DNA of 64,000 nucleotides from Vicugna vicugna (Eukaryota): positions 7,439,260 through 7,503,259 of the forward strand of contig MU058844.1 of assembly GCA_013265495.1 (NCBI GenBank). Reading direction: 5' to 3'. Position numbers and translations under genes: made by a program. The stretch's first letter is position 1; every line of letters begins with the position of its first letter. The notes beneath the pieces were generated by a model, which saw only the letters and a program-made list of their open reading frames with translations, ran no database searches and was not told the origin of the DNA. This document shows positions 53,550 through 64,000 of this stretch, piece after piece.

Positions 53550-53910
53550 CTTCTATTCTCACATATTATTCTTTCCTTAGGTAAATTTGCTTTAGGCAAA
53601 TCACTTTCTTTCAGCTCCTTAAAGAAGGCATGTTCCCTGTGACCACAGGACCTTTGCATATACAGTATTATTTCCTTCTTCAAAGACTGCTCAACCATTT
53701 ACTTCCATAAATCCTGTTCAATCTCCAGAATTCATTTCAATCATCCCTCAGGGAAGTCTAGTTCAGTTTCTTTTACTGAAACTTGCCTCATTGTATATTA
53801 CTTCTACTCGGTTTTTACCTCATATGGTTTTATGGGAACTAAATAAGCCATATTCTTAAAGCACTTACCACAGAGACTAAAACATAGAAAATGCTTACTA
53901 AATATTAATT
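53550..53910 (+). mobile_element. L2 and MIR fragments
   Basis: 'ccacaggacctttgcatat', 'ccctcagggaagtct', 'aaagcacttaccacagag...atgcttactaaatatt'. Confidence 0.5.
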
Positions 53911-56452
53911 GTTTTAAACATTGCTTATAATACCTGGATCACATAGTAGTTTCCTGTATTTTAATAGATCCCTAAATATGATACTGAGATCTTTCTATAA
54001 GGAAATTGCCTTCCCAAAGCAATAATTCAAATTCATTCCAAACTTCATAACACATGTGTTGTTAAATAGGTTTTACTTCCTTAGATCAGGCAGATCTAGG
54101 CATTTATTGCCTCTTGTTTCTCAATAGATTTTTTTAAACTACTCTGTGACTCTGGGGCTTTGGGCATTTCTCTAATCTACATCTTCTATTCCTTTTAGTT
54201 TGATGCTTTATTCTTCTTTCCTCCCTTACCTCCTGTTCTGCCTCCTCATCTGCCTCCTATATCTCTTCTTCCTCCTCCTTTTCATCTTCTTCACCTTTAT
54301 ATGTTGCAACAATAATTGAAGAGAGTACGCCCCAGTCCCTGCTGATTCTAGGTTGGGTATGAGTTATATATAAAAACAGATCATCCATTACACAGGAATA
54401 TTGATGCCATAACTTGCTTACTGCAATTCCATTAAGCATCCCCCCCCAGTTATCTCAGCATTGCATTTCACTTGTAATCCTATTTAGTCCTTTACAATGT
54501 TGGCCATGGTTACTATAGGCAATTTTATATTATCAGAAACAATAGTTATTTAAAGGCTCTTCTAGCCACATGATATTCACAGTTGGAACAATATTCTTAA
54601 TTTTACAGATTAAACTATCTTTTAACAGATCATTAAACTACCCTTTTTGTAGGCAGTTATAAAATCTGATATTTTAAAGGAAAATGTCCAAGTTTAGAAG
54701 AGTTGATTTATAGTTGCCATCAGCCAATGAGATTATGCAATCATCATAAGGAAGAATAATCCATCCTTAAACTGGAGGAACTTTGCTCTGCCTTTTTTGC
54801 CACCGTACACCTGAGGTGTGTTGAATGTAGTCTTTCCTGGCTTGATGCTTAATTAGAAGTGATCACTGTTATAGATATGCTATATATTGAATGTGAACTT
54901 TGATTAATACTGTGCAATTCATATGTTACATTACCAGCAACATTTCCGTATCACCAAAGTCAATATTTTTTTCTTGTTCTGAGTGGCGGACTGTCCCATT
55001 CTCCATTCTATTTCTATATGTAGGTTTAAAAAGGAATTGCTGGCCAACTAAGTATTCTCACAGTGATGCATATTCACTTGAGTTAGCCACTTATCTGAGT
55101 TTCTTCTCTAAGTGAACGCAGAATCATCGCAAAGATAATGTCCATTGTGCTGGGTTGGAGTTTAAAACTCTTACCATGATTTGAAAGGGAATGGTTGGTG
55201 ATGCTTTCTGTAGTTTCTGCAGAAGGAGTTCTGCTAGAATTTTGCCGGTGATGGAGGGAGAGTAGGGCAATGCCATCATAGTTGCTGTAGTCAGCTTTCC
55301 AGCTTTTTATGTAATAAAATATATATCACAGCACTGCTCCCAATCTGTCACACGGCTCAGAGTATTATGTGAATTGGATCTTGCCCTGGCGTCCCAGCTT
55401 TCATCTCAGCTTTTCACATACACGGAACAAGATTTTGCTAATGGAACATTGTACATAAGTACAGAAAACTGTCACTACTTCTGGAGTTTATAGGTGTTAA
55501 AGCACTCTGCAAAGTGTCAGATTTCACAGTAGGAAGTTTATACACCTGGAAGGAGCTGATCTATGTCCTGTAGTTGCACAAAGTCATAAAAATTGAGTAG
55601 AGACAAGTATTATTATGTGGAATACATAAATGTCCTGTGACTTTCTCAAAAGAAATCACATACTCAGATATTCATGACCCACCCTGAGAACCAAATGCAC
55701 TTTAGAACAGACGGTAGGCTTCAGGCACTTGTTATATTAGCAGGGTTCCTCGTTATCTCAGTTGAAAAGAGGTCAGTGTGCCTGTAAACACCAGCTTACC
55801 TTGATTTAGTGAAACCTATTGGCAGCAGTTTATTGTACTTCTAAATTTCAATCTTTTCGGAGGCACAAGAATGAAAGTTAGGAGTAAGAACACTGAGAGA
55901 GAGGCAATAAAAATAACTTTTGAGCAGGATATTCATTTAAGCAAAAATAAAGGTGATTAGACTGGTTTATATGAAGGAACTAAACTTGCAACAGTGTTTA
56001 CTTTCACCTAAGTCTCCTAGCACATAAACATAAAAATTGAGAGAGAGGGTCTTTAAAATTCTACTACAATTTCAAATTATCAATAATTAAATAAAAATAA
56101 ATGTTCTCTTTATTACTAGCTATATGAATTATATTTTGTCATAAAAAATAGAAAATACTTCACAGTAGTATTACTGTTTTCTCCTTTCCCCTCCTAAACG
56201 TAACCCCTACACAAAAATGGACCACCATTCAGTGAAAGGAAAGAAGCTTACTCTGTCTTTCCTTAAATTGTTTTCTTTAAAAATAAAGTGTGCCATTCAT
56301 TCATCTCTGGAATGTTAAATTTAAAATACTGTAAGTCTCTTTAGGCAAGTAGCCGCCTTCAGAAATTCTGTAAAGACTCCGTTAAGTCTATTCAAGGCCT
56401 TTTGTTTCCACTAGAGCTGGAGTGGCTTTATTTCACCTGTTATACTCTCGTC

Positions 56453-56853
56453 TGTAGTAGGCACTGTTAAACTCTCCCCCAGGATCCATTCTCACCTCTT
56501 TTCATTTTAGTAGTGGAATCCCCCCCCCTTCACATAGTCCCCAGCCTCCCTGGGTTTGAGCTGGACTTACTTCCCAGCCTCCCTTGCAGTCAGGTGTGTC
56601 TACCTAAGTTCTTGCTGGTAAAGTGATGTGCACAATTTACTGGTCATTTTCAGCTTGGATTCAAGTTGTGTGCCCACAACTGCAGATGTAACCTTTGAGG
56701 CAGAGATGAAGGTCATGTATTGTGTAGAGCCAGAACCTGTCTGCCTACACTTCTGTTCCAAAATGAGAGGCACAAACTTCTGGCTTATTTACTTCACTGT
56801 ATTTTTAAGCCTCATTCTTATAGTAGCTGAGTCTATATCCATCCCAACTTATA
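56453..56853 (+). mobile_element. MLT1J-like LTR
   Basis: Start 'tgtagtaggcac', 'ttcccagcctcccttgcagtcaggtg', end 'cactgtattttt...tatagtagctga'. Confidence 0.7.
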
Positions 56854-57231
56854 ATAAAACCAGAGTGTAAGCTTAGAATAATAGTTTTCTTGAGGCTTAA
56901 GTTATTGGTGCATAAAACTAACATGAAAACACAGTTATTTTAAAGAGAGGAGTGTGAGGCAAAACCAGTATTTCCTTTTTTTTTTTTCAGAGATCTCAGC
57001 AGTTTGTACACTTAGTTTCCATTTCACAAGGAATACTGTATAGTCAAAGTCAACCTTACGTCTTGAGAATAATAATACTTACCTACTGCTGAGAAGAACA
57101 AGCAATGTACCCCATATTCCTCTAAGATCACAACCCATATATGCTGAGCATTGGTATGAGATTCTTCACAGCATTCAATAGCCATCCCTCTGTGCTTCGC
57201 TCCATCATTATAAATCCATTAGCCTTCATAT

Positions 57232-57401
57232 CAGTGGTCCTCGAAGTGTGCTCCCCAAACCAGCAGAATCGGAGTCACCTAGGAATTGTTAAAAATTCAG
57301 CACAGATGTATTGAATTAGAAATAAGCAGGAGGGCCCAGAGATCCGTGGTTCAACAATCCCTCCAGGTGATTCCGGTACATGATAAAATTGGAGAGAAGT
57401 G
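57232..57401. mobile_element. MER5A hAT transposon
   Basis: 'cagtggtcctcgaagtgtg...accagcag', 'gggcccag', 'ccctccaggtgattc'. Confidence 0.8.
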
Positions 57402-57879
57402 GTTGCATGGCAACAGCTAGTAGATAAAGCAGAATCAGCAGTCATTAATAGAAGACATTTGTTGAAATTACATTTCAATGATTTCAATGTGTTTTTAAAA
57501 TATCTCAACTTGAGTTATTTTGACTCCTGACACTCAATTTATCTTATTTAATTCTATAAGAATTTTTACTTGTTTAATTATGAAACATTGCAGATGGTGA
57601 AATGATTTATTTTTTAAGGTTGGAATAGAAATGCTGTATAAATATTATTATTTTCATTCATGTATTATGTCAAGATCTTCTCTTTCCTGCTTTATATATA
57701 AATGGTACTCTTAAAATGCTGTTGAGCTCTATTGTATTTTTAGAACATACATTTATGAGTTGTATCACCATACTTACATGTTTATGTGTTTGCCCTTGTA
57801 TCCCTGTATAATATTCAGAAATAATAACAAATTGCTTAGCATTTTAACTTATATTTTCATTATTGTTAACTAATTTGAG

Positions 57880-58020
57880 GGTTCTGTTACTTTAGCTCTG
57901 TCTTTATGTAAGAATAAAGAGGAAATGCAGAGAAATTATGTGATTTACCTAACATTACACATCTAGTACATGGGACAACCAAAATTAATATTAAGGACTT
58001 TTGAATCCAGATCTGAGCAT
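57880..58020 (-). mobile_element. MIR
   Basis: 'gaggaaatgcagaga...tgtgatttacctaacattacacatctagta...tttgaatccagatctg'. Confidence 0.6.
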
Positions 58021-59765
58021 TGCACTTGCAAGGAACTAAAAATAATAAATAAGATACAAATTCCGTCCCAGAAAGGATATGGTCCCTGTAATTAGTGTTG
58101 CAAAGAAGCAGATTATTAGAAAAGAAAGAACAGCTGGGGTGTTGCTTGACTTCTCCCTTAAAATCTCTTACAAGCTTGCTGCAAACCAGCTGAATCATAT
58201 TTGGGTAATTAACCTCGTGGATTTCCATACCCCGAGAAAGAAGAGGATTCTGGGAACAGCTACAGAAGGCGAGGAAGACGCCAACCTAGCAAGTTTATTT
58301 ATGTAATGTGGCTAGGATATCCATTTGGCGTTCTCTAAGAAAGATAAATTTTTCTGTCACAATGACTCACAGGAAGGTATGTCTTTGAATGCAACTCAGT
58401 TTCAAGATTGATATCAAAGTGAGAGCAAACTTGTTTATCTTTAACTGGTTAAACTGATATTAAGTCAAAAACAAATATATAGGCAGCAAAATGCCAACAT
58501 ACTGGGAAAACTTAGGGTGTATTTTGTTATTTCAGAGGAACATGATGCTTGCTGCTCCACTGGATTTTGTCCTCAGACTTCCTGCTGCAAAATTTCACTT
58601 TCTTCTCCCCTGAAGAACGTTAGTGGAAACAGGTAAGAGGCCTTGGGCCAAAGATTTGTACTCTGATTTAACAGACTTAAAATTCATTATATGATTATTT
58701 AAAATATTTGTCAGTAGGAAAGTGAAATTATTGCTATAGACAACTGGAATCAACTTCCAAACACACTTACTGTTCATAAATCAGAATAAAAGCGCCATTT
58801 TTCTTAGGAGATGGGATTACAGTTTGTTTCCATTAAATTTCCAAGTGTGACTTTTTTCTCATTTCCCGCAAGTGTGATGTACTCAGTCTGAGGGAGCAGG
58901 TCTCCTCCAACATCCTAGTGAAATTGTGTAACCTTGGCTAGCTAGCTGAAGAGCTTAGTGGCAAGGTTTTCATCTTATTTTGTAGGTTACTCTTCCCTTG
59001 GCTCATTCATATGCAGAATTGACTTTGTGTGTTTTTATTCCTGTCCCCTTTTTATGAATATGTTGGCACTAATGAATCCCATAGTGACCCAGTTGAGTCG
59101 AGTGTGCTACCAGCTATGCCACCACTGTAAAACTGTCAAAAAAAAAAAAAAAAGCATTTCTCTCTTTTGCTCGCTTGGGAGTTGCTTACTTCCTATCATC
59201 CCTGAGTTCACAAGGAGAAAAAGAGGCAGGTACTAGTTTCCTACTGTTTCTGCCATTAATTATAAGAGCAGCGTTTCAAATGAAGATGGGCAAACCTGGT
59301 CTCATTATCTATGTAGAAAAGTGGAAAATGTTATTAAAAGAGCGGATATTAGCATTTTTTAGGAGGCTCTCCCCTACTCTACCCCAAATACTCTGAAAGT
59401 CGGTTTCAGGTGGGGAGTTTGGATCCCTGAAATTTGGTGAAGATGATTTGTAAACAATGTTAAAGCTCTCTGTATAAAAAGTTAATAAGAGTGTTGGTGC
59501 TGGATCAAACCACAACAGGGGAGAAAGCAGAGGAAAAGGAGGACACCGAGCAAGAGTGAGGGAAGCCGGAGCTTGTGGAAAACGTAGGGTAGTAAGGAAT
59601 TCATTATAATGTGGTCAAAGAATCAGAAATTTACTATTTAGTATGAGTTTATTCATTCAGATGCAATGAAAAATCCTTTGGTCCCAGTCTTTAATAGAGT
59701 ATATTAAATAAACAAATTCTTTGCATGAATGTTTTGGGAGAACTCAAGGAAAAAGCCTTATATTT

Positions 59766-59960
59766 TAGTGCTTCTCAACATATATGCCTGGAACAGCAAC
59801 ATCTGAATCACCTGGGAACTTGTTAGAAATGCAAATTATCAGCGCCTAGCCCAGACTTACTGAATCTGGCACACAGCGGGCAGTGGGTGGAGCTTTGCAG
59901 CCTGTGATTTAAGGAACCCTCCAGGTGATTGTAATGCAAGCTGCAGGCTGAGGTCTACTG
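59766..59960. mobile_element. MER5A hAT transposon
   Basis: 'agtgcttctcaa', 'atcacctgggaacttgttagaaatgcaaatt', 'cagacttactgaatc', 'ccctccaggtgatt'. Confidence 0.88.
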
Positions 59961-61227
59961 TCTTACTCTGCATCTAGGTTTACGTGAGCAGAAAGAAGGG
60001 AACAGTGATAGGAGATGAGGTGCTGCAGAAATTAAGGAGTCTGCTGAGTAGGAATTTGGTGTTAAATTGCTAAGAACACAGGACAGCAGGGTAAGAATTA
60101 TCTAGTACTTGGGAAAGACATAGCACATCCTACTATGTGGTAGGTAGTTTAAATCTTTATAGCCAACTATTATAAAAATTTTAAAGAGAGGCTCACCCTA
60201 GCTTTGGCTTATCTTTTTTAAATATAAAATTTTGGCGATCCAGTGTTAATAATTCTTTTATTGTGTATACTATACTGATAGGAAAACTTTGAATAGTGCT
60301 AGATGATTTTAATCAGAGATATTTTGATATGTTTATCCGTTCCTATATTGTCTGCCTTAATAAGCGAGAAACATCTTTTGAAAAATATTTTAAGGTTCTT
60401 TTTATTGTTTTAAGATCCACCTCTTCCTACCTTTGTGCAAACAATAATTGGCATTCAATTTGAAGGGACATTTAAAACTACCTTAAGGATTTTGATGAAA
60501 TAGGTATTTTAGACAAGAAAATCTTTGAAAATGTAATATGTGTTCTCTCTTTAATAGTTCACCTCTGTGTATCAGTCTACAACTAAATCGTTATTCCACT
60601 ATAATAACCTTTTTTGCTGATACTATTAGAATGAATGATCAATTTACTTTTTTCAGAAACCATAAACTTCATTTTTAAATTTTTTATTGAAGTATAATTT
60701 ATCATGTATTATAGTTTCAGGTGTACAACATAGTGATGTAAAATTTTGATAGATTATACTCCATTTAGAGTTATTATAAAATATTGGTCATATTACCCGA
60801 ACTGTACAATATATCCTTGTAGAGTATTTTGTACATAGGAGTTTGTATTAATCCCCTACCCCTGATCTTCCCCCTCTCCTCCCTCTCCCACTGGTAACCA
60901 CTAGTTTACTCACTTTATCTGTGTTTTCTGTTTTGTTATATTATTCATTTTTAGATTACACATATAAATGATAACATAGAGTATTTATTTTTCTGTGTGA
61001 CTTAACTTCACTCAGCTTAATACCCTCCAGGTCCATCCACGTCATTGCAAATGGCAAAATTTCTTTCTTTTTTATGGCTTAGTAGTGTTCCTCTGTGTGA
61101 TACTCTTTCTTTTTTTTTTATTCATTCATTTTTGATGAACACTTGCATTTCTTCCATATCTTTGTTACTGTAAATAATGCTCTTATGAACATTGGGGTGC
61201 ATATATCATTTTAAAATAGTGTTTTCC

Positions 61228-62161
61228 TTCCTTTTTTTTTTGAAGTATAGTCAATTTACAATGCTGTGTTAATTTCTGGTGTATAGCATAGCAATTCATG
61301 TATACATATGTATATTCATTTTCATATTCTTTTTCATTATTGGCCATTACAAGGTATTGAATATAGTTCCCTGTGCTATACAGTAGGACCTTGTTTATCT
61401 ATTTTATATGTAGTAGGTAGTAGCTGCAAATCCCAAACTCCCAATTTATCCCTCCCACTTCATTCCCACTGGTGACCATAGTTTTTTTTTTCTGTGTCTG
61501 TGAGTCTGCCTCTGTTTTATAAATAAGTTCATTTTTGTTTTCTTTTTTTTTCTTTTAGATTCCCCATGTAAGTGATATAATGTGGTATTTTTCTTTCTCT
61601 TTCTGGCTTATTTTAGTTAGTATGATGATCTCCAGGTCCATCCATGTTGCTGGAAATGGCATTTTTATTTTTTTTTTTATGGATGAGTAGTATTCTGTTG
61701 TGTATATATACAATGTCTTCATCAGGTGATCTGCTGATGAATGTTTAGGTTGCTTCCATGTTTTGGCTATTGTAAATAGTGCTGTAATACTCATCAGATT
61801 TTCCTTCAGATATCTGCCCAAGAGTGGGATTGCTGGGTTGTAGAGTAAGTCTATTTTCAGTTTCTTTAGGACTCTCCATAATGTTTTCTATAATGGCTGC
61901 ACCAAACTACATTCCCAACAACAGTGTGGGAGGGATCTCTTTTCTCCACACCCTCTCCAGCATTTGTCATTTGTGGACTTTTTAATAATGACCATTCTGA
62001 CCAGTGTGAGGTCATTGTACTTGATTGGCATTTCTCTGATCAGTAGTGATATTGAGCATTATTTCATGTCCTATTGGCATTTGTATGTTCCATTGGAGAA
62101 ATATTTGTTTAGGTCTTCTGCCCATTTTTGGATGGAGTTGTTTGTTGTTTTGTTTGAGTTG
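61228..62161 (-). mobile_element. Younger 5'-truncated L1 nested in the older L1
   Basis: Second poly(T)+'gaagtatag' 3' end; ORF2 peptide 'ITALFTIAKTWKQPK...ATWMDLEIIIL'; TSD tagtgttttcc at 61217-61227 and 62162-62172. Confidence 0.92.
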
Positions 62162-62517
62162 TAGTGTTTTCCATTTCTTTGGATACATAACCAAAAGTAG
62201 AATTGCTGGATCATATACTACTTGCTAGTTTTAGATTTTTGAAGGATCTCTGTACTGTTTTCCATTGTGACTCTACCATTTACATTCTCACAATGTGTGA
62301 GGGTTCCCTTTTCTCCATATTCTTACCAACTCTTGCTATTTGTGGTCTTTTGATGATAGCTATTCTGACAGGTGAAACCTCATTGTGGTTTTGATTTGCA
62401 TTTCTCTGATTAACAATGTTGAGCATCTTTTCCTGCACCTATTGGCCATCTGTATGTCTTCTTTAGAAGAATGTTCAGGTCTTCTGCCCATTTTTAAGTT
62501 GTTTTTTTCTTTTTGAT

Positions 62518-62567
62518 ATTGTATGAGCTGTCCATATAAGTGAATTGTATGAGCTGTCCATATAAGT
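62518..62567. repeat. Perfect 24-bp tandem duplication (attgtatgagctgtccatataagt), 2-bp spacer
   Basis: 62518-62541 equals 62544-62567. Confidence 0.95.
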
Positions 62568-64000
62568 TGGATATTAACTCCTTATTGGCCATATCATTTG
62601 CAGATATCTTCTCCCATTCAGTAGGCTGTCTTTTTGTTTTGTTTATGGTTTCCTTTGCTGTGCAAAAACTTTTAAATTTAATTAGACTAATTAAAATTTT
62701 TTTAAAAAGTTTGCTTGTGTTTTCTTTGCCTTAGAGATCCAAAAAAATTTTGCTCTGATTCTTGTCAAAGAGTGTTCTGCCTGTGTTTTCCTCTAGGAGT
62801 TACATGGTTTCAGATCTTACATTTAGACCTGAATCCATTTTGAATTTATTTTTATATGTGGTGTTAGATAATATTCTAATTTCATTCTTTTACATGCAAC
62901 TGTCTAGTTTTCCCAGTACTACTTACTGAAGAGACTGTCTTTTCCCCATTGTGTATTCTTGTCTCCTTTGTCATAGATAAATTGACCATAACTGTGAGGG
63001 TTTTTCTGAGCTTTCTGTCCTGTTCCATTTATGTGTCTTGTTTTTGCACCAAATACTTTTGGATTACTGTAGCTTTGGAGTATATTCTGAAGTCAGGGAA
63101 CATGATACCTTCAGCTCTGTTCTTAAGATTCCTTTGGCTATTCAGGGTCTTTTGTGTTTCCATACAAATTTTAGAATTATTCTAGTTCTATGAAAAATGC
63201 CATTGGTATTTTGATACAGATTGCATTAAATTTGTAGATTGCCTTGGGTGGTATGGTTATTTTGACAATATTCTTTCAATTCATGATCATGGTTTATCTT
63301 TCATCTGTTTGCATTGTCTTCAGTTTCTTTCATCAGTGTCTAACAGTTTTTCAATTACAGATCTTTTGCCTCCTCAGTTAGATTTATTCCTAGGCATTTG
63401 ACTCTTTTTGACACAATGGTAGATGGGACTGTTTTCTTAATTTCTCTTTCTGGCAGTTCATTATTAGTGTACAGAAATGCAACAAATTTATGTATATTAG
63501 TTTTCTATCCTGCAACTTTATGGACTTCATTGCTGAGCTCTAATTTTTGGTGGTGCCTTTAGGTTTAATAATCAATTCAGAAAAGAAGATTAAAATACAA
63601 GATTAAAAGATTCATGACTGTTCAACTATTTTATTTTATCTTAAAATACAAAAATGTGCATTTTATTTATCAAATGTTTCAGGAATTGTCGGGACCTTTT
63701 TAAAAAAATGAGTCTGTTGATTAAAAAATTGTCTTCTTTGGTATGTAAACTATACCCACAATGTATTCCTTTTAATTTTTTTCTCAGAACTTAAGACATA
63801 ATGTAATGCAATCTCCATGCAGAATTTTGTAATTATTGTTATTGTTAATGGAACATCACAGATTTGAATGTTATCTTTGTGCAGAGCATATGCAGAATTA
63901 TTTAAATATTTTTCTCAGAATTTTATTGTTAGCCTTCCCACACCTAATTAGATAGCAATTTTTAAAATAGCTCATCTTTATTAAACTTTTCCAAAATATT

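Larger units (their letters stand above)
60672..63562 (-). mobile_element. Older L1 (3'UTR plus ~2 kb decayed ORF2), host of a nested L1
   Basis: 3' end 'ttttttattgaagtataa'; ORF2 motifs 'ttctcccattcagtagg', 'gaagagactgtcttttcccca', 'ttagatttattcctagg', 'tatcctgcaacttta'. Confidence 0.92.

Noticed and set aside
1..64000. Short ORFs in the six-frame track as host genes
   Set aside because: All are under 150 aa and compositionally biased, many have non-ATG starts, and none is a recognisable protein except the L1 ORF2 remnants.

Overview
This is AT-rich, CpG-poor mammalian genomic DNA, either intergenic or deep intronic. It is most likely camelid (alpaca/llama/camel), because it carries two tRNA-derived Vic-1-type SINEs and young lineage-type L1 3' ends. 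I find no supportable host protein-coding gene, tRNA, rRNA or CRISPR array. The only recognisable ORFs in the track are broken L1 ORF2 C-terminal remnants. Much of the window is interspersed repeat: young and old L1, MIR, L2, MaLR (MLT1) LTRs, ERVL/ERV1 solo LTRs and hAT DNA-transposon fossils. There is one 32-N assembly gap. Family names come from recalled consensus motifs, not a database search, and boundaries of old elements are approximate. Most notable: (1) a perfect 32-bp inverted copy of sequence 2.1 kb away sits at the 5' junction of a young L1, suggesting a templated insertion primed on a poly(A) tract; (2) a solo LTR has seven evenly spaced inverted CCAAT boxes plus intact TATA and poly(A) signals; (3) a MER41-like solo LTR has a GAS-type STAT motif; (4) a 47-bp duplication has an inverted junction insert; (5) several repeat-free, motif-dense blocks and a candidate non-coding exon chain. 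I see no evidence for a wholly new biological system.
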